From contig NC_042999.1 in the NCBI RefSeq assembly GCF_006345805.1, forward strand, positions 57,722,001-57,786,000: a DNA stretch of 64,000 nucleotides, in the 5' to 3' direction. The notes beneath the pieces are model-generated. The model saw nothing but the letters and a program-made list of their open reading frames with translations, made no database searches and was not told where the DNA came from. The stretch comes from Octopus sinensis. Lineage: Eukaryota. Positions 26,901 to 39,908 of this stretch are shown in pieces. Numbering within the stretch: the stretch's first letter is position 1; each line of letters starts with the position of its first letter. Both the position numbers and the translations under genes were made by a program.

Positions 26901-27649
26901 TCATCTGGCATTCTGCCTAAATTTTGTTAGCTTTCAGGTTATCAAACAACTCTGATGGAGCCAAATATGAATATATGCATATTGCACATCTTCAATCTTT
27001 TTCAAATGTTATTCCTAATAAAATAAACTCACTTAAAAATACATAATCACTAAAATTTTCAATAAACTTGCAATAAAAAAGTCTATATAGTACAATAAAG
27101 AGTCTTTAACTCCAAATCAATTCCTACACAATTATTGAATCATGTAATACCTGTTATTTCCATAAGTATCAACCATTTTCAAATATATTATAGTTCCTGT
27201 CTTGTGTAAATCCCTATTTTGTAAATCAGTGTATTTGCTAACATTTTCTTCTTATAAATTATCTCATTTATTATTTTTTTCTCTTATTATTTTGTTATTT
27301 CAGTTATAAGAGCCACAAAGTGAATTTTATAACCTACCAACAATTTTGGATTCAAGGAACCTCAAACATAAATGTTCTACTCTCTACATTGTCTGTACAT
27401 GCAATGTTTTTCTGTAATTTTGTAGTAAAAAATAAATGGAGTTGAAATTGAAAACAAATAAGAAAATTAATGCTTATGCAAAATCAACTGTTGCAGTTGG
27501 ATAACAAGATAAACAGACATAAACATATTGGTGAATGTATTTTTAAAATTAAATTCAGTATAAATATGGAAGATTAAGCAACAAAAAATGTTCTTAAAAA
27601 AAGCAGAGAAAAGTTAGTAGGAATGAAATGTATATCAATTAACCATTAG

Positions 27650-28285
27650 CTGACAGATACACTGTTTCTACTTCAATCATCAGATCATAAACACACAAGT
27701 TTGTACTTCCATCACTAGATTACAGACACACAGCTATTCCAATCACTAGATCACAGGCACACCGCTTCTACTTCAACACTAGATCACCAAGACACTGTTT
27801 CTGATTCAGCAATTATAATAATAATGAAATTATTGTATACAGTGCTCAGGTGCACCACAACTTGTCAAAAGTGCGTATAAAGCATATGCAGTAATGTACA
27901 AATGTCTGGGAAGTGAACAGTGTATGAGTCAGATACATGCTTGCGTGTGTATAGAGTGGGGAAAATCAAGTGTAGTTTTGGCGAATCTCAGGAAGCATGG
28001 AAGTTTTGAAGGATGCAGTGCTCTGACAACTAACAACTGATGCCGGCAATTTGTTCCATGCTTCAGCAACTCTTAGCATGAAAAAATGTTTCCGAAAGTC
28101 ATGGGAGCTGTACTCACTGTTTCTACTTCAACACTGCTTCTGCTTCAACCATTGGATCATAGACACACCGTTTTCTGATTTAGTGATTAACTTACAGACA
28201 CACCCTTTCTACTACAACACTGCTTCTATTTCGACCACTAGATCACTGACACACTGTTTCTACTTCAACAGTGTTTCTGATTCAG
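27650..28285. repeat. Degenerate minisatellite interrupted by the CR1 fragment
   Basis: Recurrent ACTAGATCACAGACACAC / CTGTTTCTACTTCAAC modules on both sides of 27813-28114. Confidence 0.6.
27813..28114 (-). mobile_element. CR1 3' end with (ATT)n tail
   Basis: Minus strand reads HDFRKHFFMLRVAEAWNKLPASVVS, the typical CR1 terminal motif. Confidence 0.75.
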
Positions 28286-28602
28286 AAATTTGATCACACA
28301 TTATCTTTCTTGCTTCTTCTATTATTATTGCAATAGTCTCTGCTTCTCCAAAATAGCTAATTGCACACCTACTCCATTCACCTTTCCTCCTATCACCTTC
28401 ATTGTGCTTCACCTGGAAGACTTTGCTTTATGCACTTATCCCAATCCTCTGGAATTCCCTCCTCACATATTTTTCTTACAGAAACTGACCAACAGATGTT
28501 CAAATTGAACATCAACCCTCAGTCTCAAATGGCCTGAAAAGATCAAGAGCACTACTCCTGCCCCTCTGATGTTATTAGCACTCTTAATATATGCTATTTG
28601 AT

Positions 28603-28633
<31 letters not shown>

Positions 28634-29059
28634 TTCAAATGAGGATGAGAAATTACATATTAATTTAATTAACATCGATTTAACACCAGTGGTCTAGCAT
28701 ATAAAAAACTGAAGGTTCAGTAAAATTGTATTGTATACATATTAGAGGAAAACCACTATGTGGTTGTATTGCTCGATTACGTTTTGGTTGTTTTGCTAAA
28801 TTTTTCTTGAGAACATTTCTTAGTGGTAAGACCATAGCGGATCTATTTCTAGCATAAGGGTGTCCACATAGAGGTTTCCCTCTAATATATATATATATAT
28901 ATCATCATCATCATCATCATTATTTAACATCCATTTTCCATGCTAGCAGACGTTATTTATATATAAATATATATATATATGTATATATGATATGCTGTGA
29001 CTGCTAAGACCTGACAAATAACCTGAGTTCATGGCTGCTTCCTGAACCAGTTTCGTATA

Positions 29060-29390
29060 GCCCTAGCCCATCCAAAGTACCTTGGATTGCAGAACGACCT
29101 TTTGTGCTTACCTTGGATCGTAGGGTGACCTGCTGTGCTTGAGGAGACCTATTGAGTCAAGTACATCAACATCAAAATAAATATTAAATGGAAATTGTAG
29201 TTGTGATACCTGTGCCGGTGGCATGTAAAAAGCACCCACTACACCCACGGAGTGGTTGGCGTTAGGAAGGGCATCCATCTGTAGAAACACTGCCAGATCA
29301 GACTGGAGCCTGGTGCAGCCTCTTGGCTTCCCAGACCCTGGTTGAACCATCCGACCCATGCTAGCAAGGAAAACGGATGTTAAACAATGA

Positions 29391-29395
<5 letters not shown>
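29060..29395 (+). mobile_element. RTE 3' UTR fragment
   Basis: Same 3' UTR and GAT tail as 57.4-57.64 kb, with one GTGCC-GGC module. Confidence 0.8.
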
Positions 29396-29439
<44 letters not shown>

Positions 29440-29649
29440 ATATATATATAAGTAGGTGAATGAATTATCCTTTGTTTATCATCAGCATGGAAAATTCGTT
29501 TAACCGAAACCTGGGCAGCAAATTCACGTCAGAAATGCGGTTCAAGCGACCTGTCAACGGTAGAAACTCTGGGTTCATGTCAGAAATTTCGAAACATGTG
29601 TCGAGAGTAAAGGAATTTTGTTAACATCTTCGTTCGACTCCAGTCTTTA

Positions 29650-29657
29650 ATTTATTT

Positions 29658-29692
<35 letters not shown>

Positions 29693-29693
29693 A

Positions 29694-29736
<43 letters not shown>

Positions 29737-29829
29737 ATATAATATATATATATATATATATATAAATATAAATATATATAATATATATATATATATATAT
29801 AATATAAATATATATATATAATAATATAT

Positions 29830-29860
<31 letters not shown>
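29650..29860. repeat. Long degenerate (TA)n tract
   Basis: Direct inspection; one of many (TA)n, (CA)n and (GA)n tracts (e.g. 10463-10490, 48157-48235, 60880-60968, 63173-63284). Confidence 0.95.
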
Positions 29861-29861
<1 letters not shown>

Positions 29862-30784
29862 CGTTAACCCCACTCGCTTCAAAATATCTAAAGAATACGC
29901 ACAGATCATGAATGGCTAAAATTAAGTGAATCGTCCAACCTCGCTACGACTACCTTCTTTCTTGCACTTATCCTTATTCTTTCTCTATTCTTCAATTTCC
30001 ATCTCATTGTATTGTCACTCATTCTTTCAGTATTCCCTCATTACCCTGTCTAGCTCAAACATTTTTTTTTTCGTTTAGACTTGTCTCCAGGTTCATAGCC
30101 ACTCTGATCTTTCAATTTTTCAATTTTTCGTTTAGTATTGTCTCCCGATTCATACAAACCCATTTGCTAGCTCACGATTAACAGAACCTCTTTACTCAGC
30201 TACGGTGTTATATTAGCTATCAATAATGATATTCCCTCTGATTTTTCTGATTTTCAAACCTATTTATCTAATGTTTATTTATCGACAATGCCGTCCCCAG
30301 TCAAATTCCCTCACACCGCTTATTGTCACGTGTCCCTTGACCTCTCTCTCTAACTAACCGTATCTCTCTCTCGCTATGTCCCCCCTTCCCATAACCATCA
30401 TCGCCATGGTCCTCTATGCCCCCCCTCCCCAAAACCATCATCGCCATACATAAAAGAGCCATCGCATTTATCGTTAACCCCACTCGCTTCAAAATATCTA
30501 AAGAATACGCACAGATCATGAATGGCTAAAAGTTAAGTGAATCGTCCAACCTCGCTACGACTACCTTCTTTCTTGCACTTATCCTTATTCTTTCTCTATT
30601 CTTCAATTTCCATCTCACTGTATTGTCACTCATTCTTTCAGTATTCCCTCATTACCCTGTCTAGCTCAAACATTTTTTTTTTCGTTTAGACTTGTCTCCA
30701 GGTTCATAGCCACTCTGATTTTTCAATTTTTCAATTAGTATTGTCTCCCGATTCATACAAACCCATTTGCTAGCTCACGATTAA
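29861..30784 (+). repeat. Tandem 610-bp unit (1.5 copies) running into an assembly gap
   Basis: TCGTTAACCCCACTCGCTTC starts at 29861 and 30471; the second copy is near-identical until the Ns. Confidence 0.85.
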
Positions 30785-30884
30785 NNNNNNNNNNNNNNNN
30801 NNNNNNNNNNNNNNNNNNNNNNNNNNNNNNNNNNNNNNNNNNNNNNNNNNNNNNNNNNNNNNNNNNNNNNNNNNNNNNNNNNNN
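30785..30884. other. Assembly gap (100 N)
   Basis: Run of N. Confidence 1.
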
Positions 30885-31774
30885 ACACCAGCAATCATAT
30901 CAGTCAGTTAATATTTAAAACAATACTTAACAGCTATTCCTTTAGCTTACAGTTTTGTGTTCCAGTATTTCTATGCATTTAGTTTAAAGATTGATTGATG
31001 ACATTAACAAGACATTCTGTATTTATTTTAGCAACTGAGAACTCTTCTAATTATGATTCATTAAATTTCTGAATTTTAATTAATCCTTTCTCACAGTGAA
31101 CACTATATTTTGTTTATCTAACATATTCATAATCCTTGCTACAACAAACAAGGTTAAGGTGATAGTGATTTCTTACATAGGTACAATGCCAGAAATTTAG
31201 TAGTAGGGGGTTAGTTGCTTATATCAACCCCAATACTTGAATGGTACTTTATTTTATTGACCCTGGAAAGATAAAAGGCAAACCTAACACTGGGTGGAAT
31301 TTAAACTAAGATATAAAGAGCCAAAACAAATACTACAAGTCTGACACTAATAATTTTGCCAACATAGTATAAAGAAACAAAGTATTTTGTTTACCATGGG
31401 ACAGAAGCTTATCATTTGCAACAAGGCTAATTCAGTTCCCAGGAAACCTCTACTTTCAAATATTTCTTTATGATTCACATTTCTGATTCAAATTCAGCTG
31501 CAGTCAACTTTTGTTTTTTCTCATTCTAGTATCAAAATACAATAAATTTCTATTAAAGGATTTGTGTCCATGGAAGTAATACATTATCTAAACTAATGAA
31601 ATATAAACATTTAAGGAGTACTCCAAATCAGAAACTTGAACTTCGTTTATTATCATTTTAAAAACTGTGGTTTCATGCTGTCATACATTGGATAGATCTG
31701 TCATGCAATACATTGCGATTTGTCTGTCTGTTGTCATCTCCTTTGGTGAGATCCTATTCACCCAATCCATTTTT

Positions 31775-34740
31775 CTTTTGCGATGCAAATTATCTTATGG
31801 TTTATAATACTAACTTCAGGAAACCTGCCAGCCACCTATTCACCTACTGATCCGGTGGACATGCTAGTCAAATTGATTACACTCTCACCGTGAAACGAGA
31901 AAGATGGCTACTTATAAATGCCAAAACCTTCCCAGGTGAAGAATACACCCCACAACATAGATTAGTAGATTAGTGACTTCAGGATCAGAGCTAAATGGAT
32001 GCCCAGAAGATGGCCAGCATGGAGAAGAAGGGTCTGGAAACTTAAAGATCCTGCAAATGGACAGAGAATTAGAGATGTAGTACTCGAAGCTTTTGACAAA
32101 ATATAGGGGGATACAGCATCATATGATGTGGATGACAACTGGAGGTTTCTACAGGATAACCTGTTGAGGGCTACTGACCAGATCTGTGGATGGTGCAAAG
32201 TCCCCTTTCGACCCAAGGTAACTGGCGGCATGATGGAACAATATAGTTGACAGGGCCATTAGGGAAAAGAAGCAGGCATGGAAGGACTGGAAGAATGGTG
32301 GGAGGAGAGAACTGTATCTGACTACCAGAAAAAAGAGGAGATGTTTTACTTAGGCAGAAGGGAAGCAGGTAAGAAAAAATTTGTCAATATTCTGCAATGT
32401 GGGGACCAAAGACTTGAAGTGCTTCATGTTGCAAGACAGTGTGTGAGAGAGAATCGAGATGTCATAGGAGAGAAATGTGTCTGCATGGATGATGGCTTAC
32501 TTGCATTTAATGAGGCTGCAAGGACAAGGAGAGAGACTTGGAGACACCACTATGAATGGTAGCTAAATGAAGAGAATGAATGGGAGAAAGAGAGTCTGTT
32601 GAATGTTGAGCCAACAGAGGGACCAGCTATCTGAATTGATAATACCTTGGTAGATAAAGCAATTTAGGGTATGAAGACAGGGAAAGCCTCCTGTCTATCA
32701 GAAATCACTGCAGAGATGCTTAACATATCTGGTGGTGTCGGCTGTAGCCTAGTCAACCATATAGCCAATCAGGTGATACATGAAGGAGTCATACCCAATG
32801 ACTGGTGTTGCAGCACCATAGTCAACTGCTAAAAAGGTAAAGGTGATGCATTAGATATGGATAATTACAGAGGTATCAAGTTGTTGGATCAAGTAATGAA
32901 AGTCATGGAGAGGGTCATAGCCCAAATAATTAGGGAGAGAGTCAGTTTAGATGAGATGTAGTTTGGGTTTGTGCCAGGGAAAAGCACGACTGATGCTATA
33001 TTTCTGGTAAGACAGTTGCAGGAGAGATATCTAGCCAAAGATAAACTTCTGTACCTGGCTTTTGTTGACATGGAGAAAGCCTTTGACAGGGTCCCTGATT
33101 CCTTATCTGGTGGTCAATGCGGAAACTAGGAATAGATGAGTGGTTAGTGTGAGCTGTACAAGTCATGTACAGGGATGCTGTCAGTAAGGTGAGGGTTGGC
33201 AATGAGTACAGTGAAGAATTCTGGGTAGGGGTAAGGGTCCACCAAGGATCAGTCCTCAGCCCCCTCTTATTCATCATAGTCCTCCAGGCAATAACAGAGG
33301 AATTAAAGACAGGATGCCCTTGGGAGCTTCTCTATGCTGATGACCTTGCTCTAATAGCTGAGTCACTATCAGAACTAGAGGAGAAGTTTCAGGTGTGGAA
33401 ACAAGGTCTAGAATCAAAGGGCCTTAGAGTCAACCTAGCAAAAACCAAAGTTTTAATAAGTAGGAAGGCAGACAAACCACAAATCCCTTCAGGTAGATGG
33501 CCCTGTTCGATCTGTAGAAAAGGCATAGGTAGAAACTCTGTAAGATGTACCCAGTGTAAGCTATGGACACATAAGATGTGTAGCAATATCAAAGAAGGCT
33601 AACTAGGAAGATAGTTTTTGTGTGTGGCAGATGCACAGGGACAGTAAACACTGAAGATGTACAGAAAACAGCTTCTGTCACATTGCAGGGGGAAAAAACT
33701 AGAAGTAGTCAATAGCTTCCGTTAACTAGATGACCAAGTCAGTAGCCAGAGGGGTGGGGGTGCACTGAAAATGTAGCTGCTAGAATAAGAACAGCCTGGG
33801 CAAAGTTCAGAGAGCTCCTACCTCTGCTGGTGACAAAGGGCCTGTTGCTCAGAGTAAAAGGTAGACTGTATGATGCATGTGTGCAAACAGCCATGCTACA
33901 TGGCAGTGGAACATGGGCCATGACTGCTGAGGACATGCATAAGCTTGCAAGGAATGAAGTTAGTAAGCTCTGCTGGATGTGTAATGTCAGTGTGCATACA
34001 CAACAGAGTGTAAGCACCCTGAGAGAAAAGTTGGACATAAGATGTGGTGTGCAAGAGAGATGATTATGCTGGTATGGTCATGTGTTGCATATGGATAAGG
34101 ACAGCTGTGTTAAAAAGTGTTACACCCAAGCAGTAGAGGGAATCTGTGGAATAGGTAGACCCATGAAGACCTGGGATGAGGTGGTGAAGCACAACCTTCA
34201 AATGTTGGGCCTCACTGAAGTGATGACAAGTGGCCAAACCCTTTGGAGATATGCCGTGCATGAGAAGACCCGGAAAGCTAAGTGAGACCGTAACCGTGGC
34301 CTATGCCAGTGCAGCATAACCAGCCCATTTAAGAGTACCCTTCAATCATTGAGCAATAAACTGCACTTGCAAGTGAAGTCATTGTCATGGCCGGTGACAG
34401 TACTGCCTGATTGGCACCCATGCTGGCGGCATGTAAAAAGAACAATTTGGGCGTGGTCGTTGCCAGTGCCGCTTGACTGGTTCCTATGCTGGTGGCTCAT
34501 AAAAAGCACCATTCAAGCGTGGCTGATGCCAGTACCGCCTGACTGGCCCTCATGCCTTGGCATGTAAAACGCATCCACGACACTCTCAGAGTGGTTGGTG
34601 TTAGGAAGGGCATCCAGCTGTAGAAACACTGCCAGATTGGATTGGAGCCTGGTGCAGCCTTCTGGCTTGCCAGCCCTCAGTCAAACTGTCCAACCCATGC
34701 CAGCATGGAAAGCAGACTTTAAACGATGATGATGATGATG
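31775..34740 (+). mobile_element. Decayed, 5'-truncated RTE-clade LINE
   Basis: APE C-terminal remnant (GHASQIDY..., PQHRL) near 31.85-31.97 kb; RT motifs VHQGSVLSPLLF and LLYADDL (33165-33602); C-terminal KGRLYDACVQTAMLHGS and RPMKTWDEVV; 3' UTR ending in (GAT)n at about 34740. Many stops and frameshifts. Confidence 0.9.
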
Positions 34741-35392
34741 TTTATAGTCTGCCTTTTGAACTCAGAAAGTTTTGTTGCTAACAGAGACAACAAGTCTTCC
34801 AAATGCTATACATAACCACTGAGTTATGTGACTGACTCTTATTTATATCATGCGATATGGAGAATAAAAAAAGTTAAAACAATAAGAAGAATTATACAAA
34901 TTTTAAAAAATACTGAATAGAGTAAAAAAAAGTAAGGAGTAGAAGAAATAACCTTTAATAAAGGTGGAAATATTATTTGGCATTAGAAAAGATAAATTAC
35001 TTAAAGAAAGTACAGTTAAATGCCAAGAATATTCAACCTCTGATTATCATATAGTCAAGGTTATGAAAAAAATCTAAAATTGGTTGCTATGCAGTAAAAT
35101 TTTTAAAATTTTAAATTAGTTGCTGATAAAGGAGGGGGAGAATTATAAAAGTGGTGTAAACTAAAATTATAGCTGTTGCTTTGAAATTAAAAGAAACCTT
35201 TCAAAAAGGTTTTGAAATGGTTCAAGATTAATAGCTGCTAATGGATGACAAACTGTGATAAAATATTTAGTTAGATATGAAGTATTTAAACTAAACTAGT
35301 TGACATATATTTTAAAAGTATAACAAAAAAAAATAAGTCAAGATAGAACTCTATACCGTTAAGTATTAAGAGAACTTCATGGTCCTATGGGA

Positions 35393-35709
35393 GACCCCCT
35401 TCGGTCATGAATGACCATAGGATTGCACCTGGAAAGTTACCCTCCGAGGTACAAGTTCGGACAAGCAGTCGCCCATGCATACCAGCCTCCTCTCTGCACA
35501 CCGCTGATGTTATCCAAGGGAAAGGCAAAGGGGCCGATACAGCTTGGCACCAGTGATGTCGCAACTCGTTTCTACAGATGAGTTAACTGGAGCAACATGA
35601 AATAAAGTGTCTTGCTCAAGAACACAACACACAGCCCAGTCCGAGAATCGAACTCACAACCTCACAATTGTAAGCTTGACGCTCTAACCACTGAGCCATG
35701 CGCCTTCAC
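35393..35709 (-). mobile_element. tRNA-derived SINE (family D)
   Basis: TGGCTCAGTGG A box, GTTCGATTCT B box, TGTTCTTGAGCAAGACACTTT conserved domain. Confidence 0.85.
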
Positions 35710-36019
35710 AGAGTCCTAAGGAAAAATAAATGTGGAGATGTAATATATGTGCCTTTTGCAATAGCATTATCAACCTAAATATAACAGTTTCAAAAGGTGA
35801 TTTAAAATTTATATTAGTCTTGTTTTGCCAAGATCATACCCCACTGTTCCACAACACCACTTCCAGAAGAAGAATTAAAGAGTGACCAGTCAGTTAGATT
35901 TAGAGCAACATAAAATAATTATTAATTGTAAAGAAAGAATTAGAAGCTTGCAAATTTTAGGAAAACAAAGAAGTCATGATGGTCGCTATCTTTCCCCAAA
36001 GATATTATTAACACAAGTA

Positions 36020-36358
36020 TTGAGACCCCCTTCGGTCACGACACTGACCATGGATTTGCACCTAGACAGTTACCCTCCCAGGCACAAGTCCAGGCAAGGT
36101 TGTTTATGGAAGACCAGCAGTCACCCATGCATACCGGTCTCCCCTCTCCACTCCACCAGTGTTATCCAAGGGAAAGGCAACAGCAGATACATCTTGGCAC
36201 CTGTGATGTCGCAACTCATTTCTACAGCTGAGTGAACTGGAGCAATGTGAAATAAAGTGTCTTGCTCAAGAATACAACACGCAGCCTGGTGCAGGATTCG
36301 AACTCACAACTTCACGATCGTAAGCTCGACACCCTAACCACTGAGCCATGCACCTTCA
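36020..36358 (-). mobile_element. Family D SINE
   Basis: Colinear with 35393-35709; B box GTTCGAATCC. Confidence 0.85.
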
Positions 36359-37337
36359 TAACACAAGTAGAATGGCTAAAAGTAGGAATCAAATAATAAA
36401 AACTGAAGAAACATTAACATATCTTATTGTAGCAGCAAGAGAATCATTGTTGCTGGGCCTAGTGTTACAATAGGATATGCAAGTGTAAAGAGAAGTTAAG
36501 TGTAATTCAGACAAAGATTAAAATTCAAAAGAAATTTTATTGTTGACATGAGTAGAACAAATCTGCAGTGAAGCGTCACTACATGTATCATGAGCCATTA
36601 TTATCATCTCTGGTATACAGGCTTTTCTCAATACTGACTTCAGTTTTCCTCACCATTTCTAGAGCATCTACTAACTTTACACTCTCACCGTCCAGTTCCG
36701 ACCAATTCAACATTCACACTGACCAGTATCTACCAGCCATTATAAGCCTGTACCAAAATAGCTGTATCCACCTTATAATTGCCAATGTTATTAATTCCTA
36801 ATCACTTAGTCAGCTCATCGTTTCTTGTAAGGTTACATTTAAAATTCAGCACAATGAAGTCTACTTATAAGTTTAAACCATATGTAATACTGTTGCCAAA
36901 TGAATCTCAAGCAATTTGCAAATTATCAGCTAAACAGTATATGTAACAGGAAGATTAGTTTCACAATTGTTATTCTCATTAATTTTCAATGTAGCTTTCA
37001 TGTTCTTCCAAGAAAACAATACATTAGTTATTCTACAAGACTATATATATATATATATATATATATAGTAGGGGGGGAGAGAGGGGGGGAAGAAGGGAGG
37101 AGGTAACTCTCTTTACTTGTTTCAGTCATTTGACTGCAGCCATGCCGGAGCACTGCCTTTAGTTGAGCAAATCAACCCCTGGACTTATTCATTGTAAGCC
37201 CAGTACTTATTCTATCGGTCTCTTTTGCTGAACCACTAAGTGACGGGGGACGTAAACACATCAGCATCGGTTGTCAAGCGATGTTGGGGGGACAACACAG
37301 ACACGCAAACATATACACACACATACATATATAGATA

Positions 37338-38469
37338 TCATCATCATCATCATCATCATCATTTAGCGTCCGTTTTCCATGCTAGCATGGGTTGGACGGT
37401 TCTACTGGGGTCTGTGAAGCCAGAAGGCTTCATCAGGCCCAGTCAAATCTGGCAGTGTTTCTACGGCTGGATGCCCTTCCTAACGCCAACCACTCCGTGA
37501 GTGTAGTGGGTGCTTTTTACGTGCCACCCGCACTGGTGCCAGACAGAGCTGGCAAACGGCCACGAACGGATGCTGCTTTTTATGTGCCACCGGCACGAGG
37601 GCCAGGCGAGGCTGGCAACGGACACGAAACGGGGCGGTGCTGGCAACGGTCGCGAAACGGAAAGTTCTCTTACATGCCACCGGCACTGGTAACACATCTG
37701 CAATTTCCATTGATCGATTTCGATTCTGATCCTCACTTGCCTCAATGGGTCTTCACAAGCAGAGTTTCGACATGCCACCGGCACTGGTAGCACATCCGCA
37801 ATTTCCATTGATCGATTTCGATTCTGATCCTCACTTGCCTCAACACGTCTTCACAAGTAGAGTTTTGTGTCCAAGAAGGGAAGGTATGCATACGTAGGCT
37901 GGCTCCATCCCATGTAGAAGGCCACGGGTTGTGGACTCACTTGTCCTGCCGGGTCTTCTCGCGCACAGCACACTTCCAGAGGTCTCGGTCTCTAGTCATT
38001 CCTCAGTGAGACCTAAAGTTCGAAGGTCGTGCTTCACCACCTCGTCCCAGGTTTTCCTGGGTCTGCCTCTTCCACAGGTTCCCTCAACCGCTAGGGTGTG
38101 GCACTTTTTCACACAACTATCTTCATCCATTCTCGCCACATGACCATACCAGCGCAAACGTCTCTCTTGCACACCACAACTGATGCTCTTAGGTCCAGCT
38201 TTTCTCTCAAGGTACTTACACTCTGCCGAGTGTGAGTACCGGCATTACACATCCATCGGAGCATACTGGCTTCATTTCTAGCGAGTTTACGCATATCCTC
38301 AGCAGTCACGGCCCATGTTTCACTGCCATGTAGCATGGCTGTTCGTACACACGCATCATACAGTCTGCCTTTCACTCTGTGCGAGAGGCCTTTTGTCACC
38401 AGCAGAGGTAAGAGCTCTCTGAACTTTGCCCAAGCTATTCTACTCTAGCAGTTACACTTTCAGCACACC

Positions 38470-38470
<1 letters not shown>
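37338..38470 (-). mobile_element. RTE LINE 3' fragment, copy 1 of tandem duplication
   Basis: KGRLYDACVRTAMLHGSETWAVTAEDM (38109-38399 ORF), 3' UTR and (CAT)n tail on +; CpGs well retained. Confidence 0.9.
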
Positions 38471-38504
<34 letters not shown>

Positions 38505-38774
38505 GTAGGGGGGGAGAGAGGGGGGGAAGAAGGGAGGAGGTAACTCTCTTTACTTGTTTCAGTCATTTGACTGCAGCCATGCCGGAGCACTGCCTTTAGT
38601 TGAGCAAATCAACCCCTGGACTTATTCATTGTAAGCCCAGTACTTATTCTATCGGTCTCTTTTGCTGAACCACTAAGTGACGGGGGACGTAAACACATCA
38701 GCATCGGTTGTCAAGCGATGTTGGGGGGACAAACACAGACACGCAAACATATACACACACATACATATATAGAT

Positions 38775-39908
38775 ATCATCATCATCATCATCATCATTTA
38801 GCGTCCGTTTTCCATGCTAGCATGGGTTGGACGGTTCTACTGGGGTCTGTGAAGCCAGAAGGCTTCATCAGGCCCAGTCAAATCTGGCAGTGTTTCTACG
38901 GCTGGATGCCCTTCCTAACGCCAACCACTCCGTGAGTGTAGTGGGTGCTTTTTACGTGCCACCCGCACTGGTGCCAGACAGAGCTGGCAAACGGCCACGA
39001 ACGGATGCTGCTTTTTATGTGCCACCGGCACGAGGGCCAGGCGAGGCTGGCAACGGACACGAAACGGGGCGGTGCTGGCAACGGTCGCGAAACGGAAAGT
39101 TCTCTTACATGCCACCGGCACTGGTAACACATCTGCAATTTCCATTGATCGATTTCGATTCTGATCCTCACTTGCCTCAATGGGTCTTCACAAGCAGAGT
39201 TTCGACATGCCACCGGCACTGGTAGCACATCCGCAATTTCCATTGATCGATTTCGATTCTGATCCTCACTTGCCTCAACACGTCTTCACAAGTAGAGTTT
39301 TGTGTCCCAAGAAGGGAAGGTATGCATACGTAGGCTGGCTCCATCCCATGTAGAAGGCCACGGGTTGTGGACTCACTTGTCCTGCCGGGTCTTCTCGCGC
39401 ACAGCACACTTCCAGAGGTCTCGGTCTCTAGTCATTTCCTCAGTGAGACCTAAAGTTCGAAGGTCGTGCTTCACCACCTCGTCCCAGGTTTTCCTGGGTC
39501 TGCCTCTTCCACAGGTTCCCTCAACCGCTAGGGTGTGGCACTTTTTCACACAACTATCTTCATCCATTCTCGCCACATGACCATACCAGCGCAAACGTCT
39601 CTCTTGCACACCACAACTGATGCTTCTTAGGTCCAGCTTTTCTCTCAAGGTACTTACACTCTGCCGAGTGTGAGTACCGGCATTACACATCCATCGGAGC
39701 ATACTGGCTTCATTCTAGCGAGTTTACGCATATCCTCAGCAGTCACGGCCCATGTTTCACTGCCATGTAGCATGGCTGTTCGTACACACGCATCATACAG
39801 TCTGCCTTTCACTCTGTGCGAGAGGCCTTTTGTCACCAGCAAGGTAAGAGCTCTCTGAACTTTGCCCAAGCTATTCTTACTCTAGCAGTTACACTTTCAG
39901 CACACCCA
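38775..39908 (-). mobile_element. RTE LINE 3' fragment, copy 2 of tandem duplication
   Basis: RLRWYGHVARMDEDSCVKKC...GRGRPRKTWDEVVKHDL (39373-39702); near-identical to 37338-38470. Confidence 0.9.

Noticed and set aside
29487-29624. 45-aa ORF MENSFNRNLG...KEFC
   Set aside because: Short, no recognisable motif or splice context; lies between TA tracts near a gap.
33165-33602. Active reverse transcriptase gene
   Set aside because: A real RT fragment, but the flanking frames contain multiple stops and frameshifts and the element is 5'-truncated.
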